Under the pieces are notes generated by a model. It saw only the letters and a program-made list of their open reading frames with translations. It had not been told where the DNA came from and made no database searches. Below, in pieces: positions 9,901 to 19,991 of a stretch of DNA of 64,000 nucleotides; position 1 is the stretch's first letter; each line of letters begins with the position of its first letter. Position numbers and translations under genes: made by a program. Origin of the DNA: a virus. The stretch covers positions 11,791 to 75,790 of the IMG/VR virus record IMGVR_UViG_3300009514_000017; one strand, 5' to 3'.

Positions 9901-11847
9901 GATTGGCCAGGTACATTCATAGGGACAGGAAGCAGTATCTTTGATCAGTTTGGCGCAAGGTTGAATACAGTCCTGACTTCCACCTATTCGATCACGTCTC
10001 CAGCTGCCGCAGCCATACAGACTATCGTCGCTGGCTTGACTCAGTGCTCCTACGAATGGGGTGACCCTGCTCGTGGAGTCTTGAGGACGTACTTCGAAGA
10101 GCCGACGTTCTTCGAGATGGTGACGGGTGGGGCAGATGGTTCAACGGAGTTTCAATACACCAACTCGTCTAGTGAGGTCATCAAGTTCTGGCCCGACCCT
10201 AACAGATACACCAAGTACGAGTTGATTCCTGGAAGACTGATAGGAGATGTAGATCCTACCGACTACCGTCGTGACCTAGATGCATCCAGTCCTACTGCTC
10301 CCGAGTTTACAGACACTGATGAACCAACCATGTTCCAGACCGGAATCAAGGTTGGCGATGTCCTGTCTGTACACGAGGAGGTGGTGGCCACTGGATATGG
10401 AACTCCATCCTATGGGCTTACTGGAGTTCAGCTGTTGCAGGGCTCCAATCAACTGACGGCACCATCATCAGCAGGCTCTCCGTTCTCTGCCGCCCTGGTT
10501 GGCACCTACGTCTTCATCGAAGAGGGGGTGGACAAGGGTGGATACGTCGTCACCGAATATGTTGATGCCAACAACATCAAGATCAGTCATACAGCAACGG
10601 AAACGACTCCAACCATTGTTGAACAGGCTTCTGAGGCGGCCAGCGGCACAGCCAAGTTTGGAACCAGTGGTTCAAACATCAAGGTTACGAGGTCGTCAGG
10701 AACCTTCGCAGCGGGAGATGTTGGCAGATACATTACTGTGTACGGAGTCGATTACAACGACAATGGCTCATGGAAAATTGAGTCCTTAGAAGATGCTGAT
10801 GCCACCGCTGTTTGTACCTTGGTTGGTACGACCAAGGCGTGGGATAACTCTGTTGCTTTCAGGTGGGTCACTACTGCGGCTCCAAGCTCTGCTCCAACCA
10901 ATCCCAGTGCAGGAGGTGGGGACACTGAGCTAGTAGCTCTCAGACCCGTTAGATTCTACGAGGGGACTCCGCAGGATTTCACCATTACCGCAGTTCCAGA
11001 CTTCGACGACCTCTCTACCTCCAGTGTCACAATAGGTGCAGGGCTGAGTGATGGATTCATGCAGCCCTACAGGATCTACAGGACGAATATTCGTAGGGTG
11101 ACCCCATCCGAGATGGATGTTAACCAGGACGACTCCCTGTACTTCGTTGACTCTGAAGTTTTGTCTCTGTCTCCGGGAGTGGACGCCAACATCATCGAAG
11201 ACACATACCTAACTCTCAAGGATGACACCTTCACCACTATTGGGTTCTCTCACAACGTCACAGACCCCGCCTTGACATACTCCACCAAGGAAACTGGAAC
11301 GCTAGATCTACCGATCAAGCTGTTGCCAGTGGGGAGTGAAGACAAGCCAGGGAACTACGTAGACCTTCCGAATAGCCCAATCCAGATCCAGTATGAGAGG
11401 TCTAGCCTAGTCTCTGACTTCCAGGACTTGTTGGATTCGGCGCAAGACAGAATCACATCAGCCAACTTCCTAGCTAGACACTTCCTCCCGGCCTACATCT
11501 CTTATGATGCTACCTATAACGGAGGATCCGTATCCTCAACTGTCGCCAAGAAGATTATCGAGTACATCGACACCCTGCCCATAGAGACGGCGATTGACGT
11601 CTCTGAAATTCAGGACATCATCTCCAAGAACAGTGGAGATGTTGATACTCCAACCAAAGTCATCTCGATCATCCATGATTGGAGCAGGGTCAGATGGGTC
11701 GAGCTGAACGAGAACGAACTTGGTGGGACCACGACCAAAGTTCCATATGATGGAACGGCAAGGGTGTCGTTCTACAGGCCGGGACCAGACGTCTCGGATG
11801 AAGACACCATCCCAGCTGGTGAGAGGATCAATCTGACACGAGAGTAG
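6946..11847 (+). CDS. Large baseplate wedge protein (Baseplate J / T4 gp6-like) with inserted repeat modules
   Basis: N-terminal LAANFFFERTAGSRATG..VDVPVQAEEEGDEYNI..VTN J-like pattern. C-terminal KKIIEYIDTL..IDVSEIQDII. 1633 aa. Confidence 0.75.
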   Translation: MMPSSDEIRTFIEDRLQALDPSISLESGSRAQTDFVEPVLTFLGTDPFETDIEAFIVDRFSQEFPDIYSGDPSVVSDVFAKPLQLMLEPFKRGVNILKLQQSLADPDLLTTDSTESLAANFFFERTAGSRATGTARVKFPVPKNDEFEVTTRFYSSGGLNFYPTAPLSISAEEMIFNRDGSLFYVDVPVQAEEEGDEYNIGVDELTGVDGVSGVAAVTNLKKFSSGAVRLDNAAFVDQTKEMLNERSLNTRRGARARLLQEFQNDTRAIQVIGAGDVEMQRDILVATSPGHSWITGSVSLYNNLALVQARIIDGEEDDAPAAEDTLFLYLNSTSYPSLDQDDRLVELTVESLVSGPLADAGTGFQQAYLVTWSGDFPTGVTQGTPAPGGWVNGQSFEGGFRKPGNVRVSSLPDIGAVSPALSVPNGETHVYGHTDVYVRPILQEDAYITLDTLSDSSPLVERSTLDTNGAGSPANRVVDSASFDFAGAGVEAGHLIIIDSGETDEGVYTIQEVTAAGAGAPYYLYLTEDLTVSQSGLRYKILSNIRIDPFDVTVSKFPFGSVLANDLSTQVGSNLLTLSTNDMLSYSVEVGDTIKLTSGNDKGEYTITAFDSVLGGRGLITDQVMGATASGITYEVFKPLDSLQNPLVRIKQILLLDSSGQSTGVSIPPAQPLGAKPTSDFTSAKIRKASTRRTGYVLPDIEDSYFTKWVEWSVLETAADASGTRYSAGIDSVSPVTTGSASTYQAVLFPDTGPTESEFDFHGNAVGGGEAQGKCSWFIAPAESTDETVNYPPIDEPKQGECLTIKNGPNAGSYLIKQVYKFKRLVATTDYEVWDYFIQIYGEFPVDVFKSLIDFINETGVKASLDISVPASASFDTVIEATYAGVPGNAISLATVADGTGAGSLTRSGTAFTFHYDSGVTLVSEFEDAVDALTGDDDLIAVRTVGTSPSYALASGSGDTFGTTLLTGGTSIVSELPLDASSSDIDWPGTFIGTGSSIFDQFGARLNTVLTSTYSITSPAAAAIQTIVAGLTQCSYEWGDPARGVLRTYFEEPTFFEMVTGGADGSTEFQYTNSSSEVIKFWPDPNRYTKYELIPGRLIGDVDPTDYRRDLDASSPTAPEFTDTDEPTMFQTGIKVGDVLSVHEEVVATGYGTPSYGLTGVQLLQGSNQLTAPSSAGSPFSAALVGTYVFIEEGVDKGGYVVTEYVDANNIKISHTATETTPTIVEQASEAASGTAKFGTSGSNIKVTRSSGTFAAGDVGRYITVYGVDYNDNGSWKIESLEDADATAVCTLVGTTKAWDNSVAFRWVTTAAPSSAPTNPSAGGGDTELVALRPVRFYEGTPQDFTITAVPDFDDLSTSSVTIGAGLSDGFMQPYRIYRTNIRRVTPSEMDVNQDDSLYFVDSEVLSLSPGVDANIIEDTYLTLKDDTFTTIGFSHNVTDPALTYSTKETGTLDLPIKLLPVGSEDKPGNYVDLPNSPIQIQYERSSLVSDFQDLLDSAQDRITSANFLARHFLPAYISYDATYNGGSVSSTVAKKIIEYIDTLPIETAIDVSEIQDIISKNSGDVDTPTKVISIIHDWSRVRWVELNENELGGTTTKVPYDGTARVSFYRPGPDVSDEDTIPAGERINLTRE

Positions 11848-12109
11848 GCGAACGCAGGACCGTAAACGAGTATGGGTCAAACTCTACATGGCACGACTGA
11901 CAAACAGCTACCTTGTTGGACAAAATCTTGCCATCGGAGAAAGGGTTCTCCGGGTTGGTCCTGCTCTCGATGGACGAAGCACTACACGCAGGGCAGGTGA
12001 GCTTGGAGAGAGAAGCCTGCTCCTCTGCTTTTGCGGGAGTGAGGATGTCCTCTTGACCCTCCAGGAGCTCCCAAATCCTGGAGGCAGGCATGGTCTTGAT
12101 ACCTGGCAT
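11828..12109 (-). CDS. Small zinc-ribbon protein, antisense within the structural operon
   Basis: CPAC..CQSC. ATG at 12109 with GGAGG upstream (ORF track extends to 12136). Fills an otherwise non-coding gap. Confidence 0.6.
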   Translation of the reverse strand: MPGIKTMPASRIWELLEGQEDILTPAKAEEQASLSKLTCPACSASSIESRTNPENPFSDGKILSNKVAVCQSCHVEFDPYSFTVLRSPTLVSD

Positions 12110-12142
12110 TCGTTGACCCTCCAGTCTGCTGACCAATATACT
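12110..12142 (+). promoter_or_regulatory. sigma70-like promoter TCGTTGACC-N18-TATACT
   Basis: TTGACC at 12113-18 and TATACT at 12137-42, 18-bp spacer. Same architecture at 41827 and 47859. Confidence 0.65.
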
Positions 12143-12168
12143 GCCACCCGCTTAGAAAGGGTGAAAGC

Positions 12169-15126
12169 GTGACCATCAGACTGTCAAATACGAGGCCCGG
12201 AGACAACGAGTATTCCGTTCCTCCAGAGGGTCAGTTCCGTATGACCCTAGCTTCCAAGCGAGAGTTGGTCAACGTCAGGACATCCAAGATTTTGGTTGGT
12301 AGTACGGCCATAGACTTCGATGGATCTACACTACCAGAGGTTGACGCTAACGTAACGACTGGAGGTGTGACTGTCGAGGTCAAGACTCCAGAGAGAAAGA
12401 CCCCAGTCAACGCAAACACTACTCGAGCAATAGTCTCATCCAATCTCAGGATTACGAAGAACACGAACGATGATGCAGATACCGGAATTTATGAGGTCAC
12501 TGCTCCGATTTCCGAGTTCGAGGATGGAGAGTCTGGGGTAGGAGCAGCTCTGTACGTCAAGTTCCAGGTCAACCCATCCACCTGGAATACGTTCAGTCCA
12601 GGCTGGTGCAGCCTGACAGACATGGCATGTCCATTCTTCCAACTCGAGTATGGTCCCTTGAACACAGCTCTGTCTGTATTGTTCCGGGACAATAGCGGAG
12701 ATGGATCTCTTGTAGTAGGGGGCCCAGAGCAGACGGCAGGTTCTGCTAGACCAGATCAAGCCGAGGTCACAGACTCGTCGTTTCCTTGGTTCACACTCGC
12801 CGACGGAACGACGGTTCACTTGTGGATTGTCTTCGACTTAGGTGAGTCTAGTGCTCGGGTCTATGCGGCAGAGGATGGGCAGGATTTCATCCTCATGTCG
12901 ACTCACGACATCGGTGACCTGTCTGTATTTCCTGTTGCTGGTCAGCATCAGAACTTTCGTGCTGCTGCTTCCAACGTAGTTCGCGCCTACTTCGGAAATG
13001 CTGGTAGGGTCGGAGACGTTCTCGACATCGAGGATTGGTTCCTCCTACCGTACACGTTTTTCCCAGTCAGCATTACGAACCAGTCCCTATCTGGGACTGG
13101 AACGGACATAACCGGGAACAGTCCTGTTCAATACAAGCCTCTTGATAGAAAGGAGCCAGACGCAGATCTCGGTGGCTGGTATCCGTTCAAGTCTGGAACT
13201 TCGGTAAGGCCAGTTCCAAAGTTCGTGAACAAGGGTGGCTTTGCCAAGAAGCCTCACTACCTGAAAGTCACCAGGGAAGATACGGGCGAGGTAGCTTACG
13301 CGAGGAAGATAGATCAGTTCGATGAGTCCTTCGGAAGCACCAAGCTCACCACAGGCGCGATGATAGAGATGACTGCCAGGGCAACCATCAGGTCTGCTTA
13401 TGGCATCTCATCAATGATGGGGATCGAGCTGGACGATGGAGCAGATCTGTTCAGGGCCTTGATCTTGGACGATGGACAGTTCTGTTTTCTGATCGACCCT
13501 CTCAGACACAGCCTGGACTCTGGCTACAGCTTGTCTGGAGTAGCTCACCCACTGGAGATTGAGCATACCTACAGGCTGTTGGTGGACAAGCTTCATGATG
13601 AGATCTGCCTGTTCGTTGACGACATCGATACCCCGGAAACGATCTTGCCACTGTCTGCGGCCCCAGCTTTTGGAACCAGTGCAAGAGCTTTGTTTGGTCA
13701 CATCCTAAACGTAAACACGGATTGTGATCTGGAAATCTCGAGAGTGTTTCTGGCTGAGTCGTTCAGGTCGTGGGATGGGAGATTTGGGATTCTCCCTCAG
13801 TCACCAGCTCAAGACTCAAGAACTAGGATGTCTCTGTACTCCCCAGTTGACTGGATGGATGGGGACCAGGACAGCGTTCGCCTAAACGCCACCGGTTCTT
13901 ATGGTTCAAGAGTGACCATGAGTAGAATTGACAATGAGTTCTGTTCTGACTCAAACGCCTTTGTAGATTTCCGGATGATGATAGTTAGCCATTCCGGTGC
14001 AGACAACGAGCGAGGGGCTATCGGAACGACTGGAGTCGAAGTAGATATGGGTTTCATCAGCCCAGACCCCACAGTTGCTAATGTACAGAGTGTTAGATTG
14101 CTGTTCGTGAATGCAGGTGCTTACGGAAGAAAAGCCTGTTTCGCTTTTGAAGACTATACGGATTCAGACTTTACAGAGCAGACCGCAAACGGGAGGAAGT
14201 ACTCCATAGACGTGGACTGGACTGACTTCCACTCCTACAGAATCCTATATAGAACCGGTGTGGCTCTCGAGCTGTACATAGATGACTTCGAGACCCCAGC
14301 AATGCAGATACTGTGGGGTGTGGGTGGTTTCGGACTGAGCACAGGCTTCGTCTACAACGGTTTGGAGCTTGGCCATATCGATGGTAGCAGGCTGTCAGAT
14401 AGTGAGTGGATGCACATAAGGTGGGGATCTGGCTACGGCGTAGACGTTGGAATGAGACCAGAATTCCCAGCCAGCACTCTGGAAGATTATCTGCTGAATG
14501 GTAAGTCTATCATCGCCGGTGGAGCCACTGAAACAGCATTGCTATCTTATCAGCTCTCGAGCTCAATTCCAGAAGGCTACTCCATATCTGACAGCGATAC
14601 TCTTCTTGTGTCTGTTGATGGTGGCGGAGCCCAGACGGTAACTTTCACTGGAACTGCTGCTAGGCTGTCGAAGACTGGTCTATCTCTAGGGTTCCCGTTG
14701 AGTGGAACCTTGGTCTACTCGATTGATGGAGATAGAAACCAGACGGTGACAATAACGGCGGCTGCTGATTACGCAGACCTGGCCGCACAAGTGGATGCAG
14801 GTCTAAGCAACGCAACTGCTACTGATAACTCTTCCACTGAGCTACATGTAGACTCAGAAATTCTAGGGAGCACGTCTAGTGTCTCGGTTGTTGATGGTAC
14901 TCTTCTCTCCACCATTTACGCCGCCCCGGATTCGGATTCTGGAACTGGTAACATGCCAAACCTGGATGACGCTTCTGCGGATGAAGTTGCATCTGTAATA
15001 TCATCCGCTCTGACTGGGGCTAGTGCTTTGAGACAAAACAGCACCATCATCATCTCAAGTGATACAGGTCTGGGTGGTACAATTGTGGTAACTGGTGGAA
15101 CTGCTCAGGCAGCACTGGGGTTCTAG
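12169..15126 (+). CDS. Large beta-rich virion protein (lectin/ConA-like domains likely)
   Basis: 985 aa with repeated H[TS]YR[IL]L...[LI][FY][VI]DD segments typical of ConA-like sandwiches. Structural context. Confidence 0.55.
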   Translation: MTIRLSNTRPGDNEYSVPPEGQFRMTLASKRELVNVRTSKILVGSTAIDFDGSTLPEVDANVTTGGVTVEVKTPERKTPVNANTTRAIVSSNLRITKNTNDDADTGIYEVTAPISEFEDGESGVGAALYVKFQVNPSTWNTFSPGWCSLTDMACPFFQLEYGPLNTALSVLFRDNSGDGSLVVGGPEQTAGSARPDQAEVTDSSFPWFTLADGTTVHLWIVFDLGESSARVYAAEDGQDFILMSTHDIGDLSVFPVAGQHQNFRAAASNVVRAYFGNAGRVGDVLDIEDWFLLPYTFFPVSITNQSLSGTGTDITGNSPVQYKPLDRKEPDADLGGWYPFKSGTSVRPVPKFVNKGGFAKKPHYLKVTREDTGEVAYARKIDQFDESFGSTKLTTGAMIEMTARATIRSAYGISSMMGIELDDGADLFRALILDDGQFCFLIDPLRHSLDSGYSLSGVAHPLEIEHTYRLLVDKLHDEICLFVDDIDTPETILPLSAAPAFGTSARALFGHILNVNTDCDLEISRVFLAESFRSWDGRFGILPQSPAQDSRTRMSLYSPVDWMDGDQDSVRLNATGSYGSRVTMSRIDNEFCSDSNAFVDFRMMIVSHSGADNERGAIGTTGVEVDMGFISPDPTVANVQSVRLLFVNAGAYGRKACFAFEDYTDSDFTEQTANGRKYSIDVDWTDFHSYRILYRTGVALELYIDDFETPAMQILWGVGGFGLSTGFVYNGLELGHIDGSRLSDSEWMHIRWGSGYGVDVGMRPEFPASTLEDYLLNGKSIIAGGATETALLSYQLSSSIPEGYSISDSDTLLVSVDGGGAQTVTFTGTAARLSKTGLSLGFPLSGTLVYSIDGDRNQTVTITAAADYADLAAQVDAGLSNATATDNSSTELHVDSEILGSTSSVSVVDGTLLSTIYAAPDSDSGTGNMPNLDDASADEVASVISSALTGASALRQNSTIIISSDTGLGGTIVVTGGTAQAALGF

Positions 15127-18100
15127 ATGCCGTCCGTTCCTATTTCAGGTCCAACCCCAGCAACTTCAACCAGGCCAGTTGCCATCGTTGTTGCTACTCC
15201 CTTGGCTGCGACCATTGGATCTCGGGTTCTACTCAACGGCAAGGCCAGCACGAACGCCGCTGGAACTACTCTCACGTACAAGTGGGAGTTCGTACAACCA
15301 CTACCCATTGGGTCCCGGGTTGCCATCCAAGGGTTCATCGAGGTCGAAGACGATTTGTCTGTTGTAGCGTTCACTCCAGACATAGTCGGGGAGTACATTT
15401 TCAATCTGGTGGTAAACGACGGCAATTACGACAGTGATCCGTTCTATCAGCAGATCAGCGTCCGTTCAGTTGTAGTCCCACACGCCAGGGGAATAGTGCC
15501 AGATGGGAAATTCATCTGGAGCTACTTGAGAGATGTGTGGAAGGAGGTTGAGGGTAGAGACCTGTTCGAGACGTTGTGGTCTACCCTCATCCAGATAGTA
15601 GGCTCGGAAGTTCTAAAGCTCTATCAGGCAGACTTCAACAAGAGCATCCGTGATGTTCAGAGTGAAGTGCAGAAGAGGTGGCTTTCATACGCTCCTCTCC
15701 TAGAATTGGACACTGATAGCCTTTCGTTCTTTCTGGGGAACGTGTCGCAGGGACGCGATGGAATAACCGAGCCTTACCCGTTTCAATTGAAGGGCATCAT
15801 AGTTAATGCACAGGAGTTCATCCCTGTTGAAGGAACAGCACTACCCTCTGATGTTGGAACCGACCTGACCATCACATTCAGCCTGGATTCTGGTAACGAG
15901 GCTGACTACAGAATATTGAGCTTGAATGGAAGCAAAGATGGTTTTCTGCTTGCCATAAGCTCGTTCTCCGCCCCAACCGCAGACGAGTCCTACGCATCAA
16001 AGACGTTCTACTTCAGTGACAGATCGACGAGTTGGGCTGCAACGACTGCGGGTCCGTACTCCGTCGGCAACTACATTAGGTTCGTTTCCGGAGACAACAA
16101 GGGCATCTACAGAATCATGACGGTGTCTGGAACAGACATCACTGTCGATAAGCCACCACCGTTTTTGTCGGACGCAGGCAATCCATCTTCCGGTCCAGTT
16201 TATAACCCGGTGGAGTTCACACTACCTAGGGTTCAGACATCGACTGTGACCAGCTTGGCTATTCCATACATTGGTAGGGAGACAGAGTTTGACTCATTCA
16301 GGGTTGGACGACTGTTGACGTTTGGTGGCAAGGATGTGACTGCTCCAGGTGGTACACTACGAGAGGCAGGTCAGCAGACATACGAGCCATCTAGTGCTCG
16401 AGTCGATTATCGTCAGGGGGTAGCAGTAGCCAAGTTTACCATTCCAGACACCAACCAGGCACCCTCTGGATTGTTCGGGCAAGACTGGAGGTTGTCCAAC
16501 ACCCTAATATCTACCTCTCAGAACTTTGACGAGCTGGGTGTCAACCCGGGCGACTTGTTGACGTTCAAGGTTCATCTGGTTGGATCTGATGTCGCAGTAG
16601 ACCTAAAAGCTCTTGTTGTTGGGGTTCGAAAGAAGAAGCTGGCTTTCGAGTTTACTAGCTCAAATCTCACTCCAGGTTCAGCCGTCACGGAGAATGTGGT
16701 CAGAACTCTGGTAGTCGGTTTTGGAATCGATGGTTATTCACTAGCTGATGACGGGACGGATGTTTACGAGGACGATGCGCTGGACTTCAAGAACAGCTAC
16801 GAGTCCATGTTATTCCAAACCTCATACCACAACGTGCTGCTAGATCAGGACAGTACGTTGACTATCAATGGAAAAGGCTACTCGTTCATTCCGTTCTCCA
16901 TTCTCCGTCATCAGACTGTAGGGGTGGACGTAGACCTGAAGTCTGTTCCGATGTTGCAGGAGTTCATCAAGCCTCCTCAGACAGTGACCAGGAGTGGTGT
17001 CACCTATCAAGTCCACAAGGGAGTCGAGTATGCTCTGGAAAGAGCCCCTAGACCATACGTCGAGAACTCCGACTTCACGATAGGTGATGAGAACGCCTAC
17101 AGCGGTAAATTCATATTCGAGTCCGGCTCCAACTACGTCGAAGGTGAGGGGATCGATTTTATAGAGTTGGGAATCAAGGCTGGTGATTCGTTCGAGATAG
17201 TTACCCCTCTGTCCTTGGCGGCGGATTACACAATCTCGGCTGTGGTGTCACAGGACAAGATCAAGCTCAGTCTCCCAGTTCCTCTGTTCCCAGTGGACCC
17301 AGTAGTAGAGGCGAACGTCGTAATCACTAGGCGAAGGTCTGGTAGATTCATGCGGTTCGTTCCCGGCTTGTTCTCAGTAGCTGGCCCAATCGCACCTAAG
17401 AGACTGTGGGCAGAGGTCTCCTTCGTAGACAATAACACCGTCATAGAAGGCAACTTCGGTCTGGCGGTTGGTCTGAAGATAGATGACTTGGAGAATGTAA
17501 CCAAAGACATTACCTATCGGCAGGCAGTGGCAGGATTGATGCGTGCCTATTCCAACTCACCGTCTATAGATAACGTAAGGACTGGTCTAGAGATCTTGCT
17601 CGGTATCCCGTTCGCTGAACATCGCGGAATCATTCGCTCCATAAACCCTGACTATAGAAGAGATTCCTATGGGAGAGTTACCAAGGGGCAGATGATAGTG
17701 GAGGATGTGGATAGCAGTAGTGACCCTCTTGGTACTTTCCGTGTCTACGTCTACCCATTGGATGAAGAGTCAGAACTGTCTGGGCTCGAGGTCAATCCAG
17801 TCACCGATCTACCCTATGTCGTTGGAGACATCGTTGAGGCGTTTGCAACCTTGGCAGTTGGTATTGGAATTCAGGATTACCTCACCCATCCACTGGATGA
17901 CACGTTCTCTGCCGCCAAGAGATTGCAGCAGTTTCACTCGGTCAGAGTGTTAATCAACGACAACATCTACTCGTCAGGAGAGTACGACCTGGTATCGAAG
18001 TTCTTGCGCAACATCACACCGTCGTACATCAAGTATGCACTAACCGTGATGTCAGACTTCGACGAGGATGTTCAGGCTCTTGATGCTCTCCACATGAACA

Positions 18101-19317
18101 TCAGTGGGGAGATCATAGTAGACAACGCTTCGTTCGGCATCGCTCCTGCTCTGATGCTCAACAACAGGATATTCCTGTCGAGCGCTGGTCTGATCTTCAT
18201 AGGTGATGGTGTGTTCAGGGCCATGAGATATGGTCTTGCGACCGTTGCAGCTACAGGAGATAGCAAGTTCACAGTGTCCGAGGGAGGGATTCTAAACCCC
18301 AGAGCGACTGAGGACTTTGAGGCTCCACTGGTTCGTGCTGGAGATACAGTCTGGATCAGGAATGGGATGGCAGGTGGTAAGTACACTGTTGATTCTGGAA
18401 TCACCGACACAGAGATCCCTGTCAGTGATGGTCCGTCTGTTGGGTTTGCTCAAGAGTCCGGTCTTGGATACGTCGTTCTTAGAGCAGTAAATCCAGAACT
18501 AGTTACTGGAGTAACCGCTGATATCTCTACTGGTGTAGATGAGATCTCCATCTCCGGAGGGCAACTCAGGGTTCATGGAGTTGGTCCAGGAGATTGGCTG
18601 ATCGTTGACTCTGCCTCTGTTGGTGCCAGGAGATTTACCATCCTGGATGTCATCAACTCCGGTAGCTCTTGGGACACAGTCAAAGTCACGCCAACACCAA
18701 CCGGTACCGCTACCCCAGCTGCTAGGATCTGGCGACCATCTCTTATGACCAAGGTAGAGGAGACGTTCCAGATTACTGGGAGTGGTGGTACTATCTACAC
18801 TCCGGATGATACATGGTGGATCGGTCTCGCAGATCCTGGAGACGAAATAGAATTGGATGATGACACCCAGAGTAGATTCCTGCTTGGTGATCCATTGGAT
18901 GATTACTCTGTCAGCTCGATCCCAGCTGGTGCAGCAGATTATAAACTGGTCAAGAAGAACAGACCTGGAGCATTCGTCTCTCTGGATCACTTGCGATATG
19001 ATCCGATGGAGCAGATTGATATAGACTTGGTTGAAGATCAGACTCTTGCTTCTTGCTCTGTTGGCAGTACAGATGTGACTCTCCAGGAGGAGAGAACCAC
19101 AGCACCACCATCAGGACCAAGTGCAGTGAACCCAGCAACCATGAACGTCAAGGTAGGCGATTATCTGATATTGACTGGTGGTGCAGCTGGAGCCATGAAC
19201 ATAGGCTACGGTAATGGGGTATTTCCTATCGTGGCTTTTGATGCGACCAAGGTTGTGATCAGTCAGGGCCTACCTGACACTGAGTCAGTGGCTTGGGCCA
19301 TAAGACGGAGACTGTAA
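15127..19317 (+). CDS. Baseplate/tail protein with N-terminal PKD/REJ-like Ig domain
   Basis: PVAIV..VLLNGKAS..LTYKWEFV..FTPDIVGEYIFNLVVNDG is a PKD-like signature. Wedge-like PSIDNVRTGLEILLGIP and FLRNITPSY segments. 1396 aa. Confidence 0.65.
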   Translation: MPSVPISGPTPATSTRPVAIVVATPLAATIGSRVLLNGKASTNAAGTTLTYKWEFVQPLPIGSRVAIQGFIEVEDDLSVVAFTPDIVGEYIFNLVVNDGNYDSDPFYQQISVRSVVVPHARGIVPDGKFIWSYLRDVWKEVEGRDLFETLWSTLIQIVGSEVLKLYQADFNKSIRDVQSEVQKRWLSYAPLLELDTDSLSFFLGNVSQGRDGITEPYPFQLKGIIVNAQEFIPVEGTALPSDVGTDLTITFSLDSGNEADYRILSLNGSKDGFLLAISSFSAPTADESYASKTFYFSDRSTSWAATTAGPYSVGNYIRFVSGDNKGIYRIMTVSGTDITVDKPPPFLSDAGNPSSGPVYNPVEFTLPRVQTSTVTSLAIPYIGRETEFDSFRVGRLLTFGGKDVTAPGGTLREAGQQTYEPSSARVDYRQGVAVAKFTIPDTNQAPSGLFGQDWRLSNTLISTSQNFDELGVNPGDLLTFKVHLVGSDVAVDLKALVVGVRKKKLAFEFTSSNLTPGSAVTENVVRTLVVGFGIDGYSLADDGTDVYEDDALDFKNSYESMLFQTSYHNVLLDQDSTLTINGKGYSFIPFSILRHQTVGVDVDLKSVPMLQEFIKPPQTVTRSGVTYQVHKGVEYALERAPRPYVENSDFTIGDENAYSGKFIFESGSNYVEGEGIDFIELGIKAGDSFEIVTPLSLAADYTISAVVSQDKIKLSLPVPLFPVDPVVEANVVITRRRSGRFMRFVPGLFSVAGPIAPKRLWAEVSFVDNNTVIEGNFGLAVGLKIDDLENVTKDITYRQAVAGLMRAYSNSPSIDNVRTGLEILLGIPFAEHRGIIRSINPDYRRDSYGRVTKGQMIVEDVDSSSDPLGTFRVYVYPLDEESELSGLEVNPVTDLPYVVGDIVEAFATLAVGIGIQDYLTHPLDDTFSAAKRLQQFHSVRVLINDNIYSSGEYDLVSKFLRNITPSYIKYALTVMSDFDEDVQALDALHMNISGEIIVDNASFGIAPALMLNNRIFLSSAGLIFIGDGVFRAMRYGLATVAATGDSKFTVSEGGILNPRATEDFEAPLVRAGDTVWIRNGMAGGKYTVDSGITDTEIPVSDGPSVGFAQESGLGYVVLRAVNPELVTGVTADISTGVDEISISGGQLRVHGVGPGDWLIVDSASVGARRFTILDVINSGSSWDTVKVTPTPTGTATPAARIWRPSLMTKVEETFQITGSGGTIYTPDDTWWIGLADPGDEIELDDDTQSRFLLGDPLDDYSVSSIPAGAADYKLVKKNRPGAFVSLDHLRYDPMEQIDIDLVEDQTLASCSVGSTDVTLQEERTTAPPSGPSAVNPATMNVKVGDYLILTGGAAGAMNIGYGNGVFPIVAFDATKVVISQGLPDTESVAWAIRRRL

Positions 19318-19982
19318 TGGGATTTTCCGAGTCGGTGATAGTGTCAGACAGTGGATTTGCAAGACTAAGAAGAAAGATCGGTGGAGCGATAGCCGGCGTA
19401 GACTTCGACGACCGTAGCGTCATTGAGGTCACTGGTTGGGTTCGAGCAGTCCTGCGAGAGAGGGGAAAGATAGTTCCCGGTTCTCGAAGAGAGGGAAAGA
19501 ACATCTGGACCAACTACGGTAGAGAGCTCATCACCCAACTCATCGCCTACAAGGATACAGGTCTAGTCAAGCATCGAGACGACAGGTTGTTCTACATAGG
19601 AGTGGGGACGGGATCACAGGTAGAGGATGTAGGAGTCACCTCGTTGATAACGCCGGTAGACTACAATGCCTCCTCCGAGTTTCTGGCGCCGCTCGATCTC
19701 TCTCTTGGAGTTTCACCTTCGTTTCCTCTGACACCATCGAAGACAACTGTCAGGTTTCACAAGATCTTTGCGGAGAACGAGATTACTGTGTCGTCATCTC
19801 CAATCAACATTACGGAGATGGGGCTGTTCACGAACGGTGAGCAGACTGCTTTCACCGTCGGTGGAAGAGACATCACGACAGCCAACGGTGGTCTACAAAC
19901 ACCCTGTGCCTACAGAGCATTCGAGCCTATAGGGAAGAGTGACTCCCTCGAGCTGGAAGTAAGCTGGGACATTCGTCTCTAG
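19317..19982 (+). CDS. Tail-collar / fibre attachment protein
   Basis: KNIWTNYGRELI..YIGVGTG..ITEMGLF..LEVSWDI matches the tail-collar/fibre N-terminal pattern. ATG overlaps the upstream TAA (TAATG). Confidence 0.65.
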   Translation: MGFSESVIVSDSGFARLRRKIGGAIAGVDFDDRSVIEVTGWVRAVLRERGKIVPGSRREGKNIWTNYGRELITQLIAYKDTGLVKHRDDRLFYIGVGTGSQVEDVGVTSLITPVDYNASSEFLAPLDLSLGVSPSFPLTPSKTTVRFHKIFAENEITVSSSPINITEMGLFTNGEQTAFTVGGRDITTANGGLQTPCAYRAFEPIGKSDSLELEVSWDIRL

Positions 19983-19991
19983 GAGTCGGCA

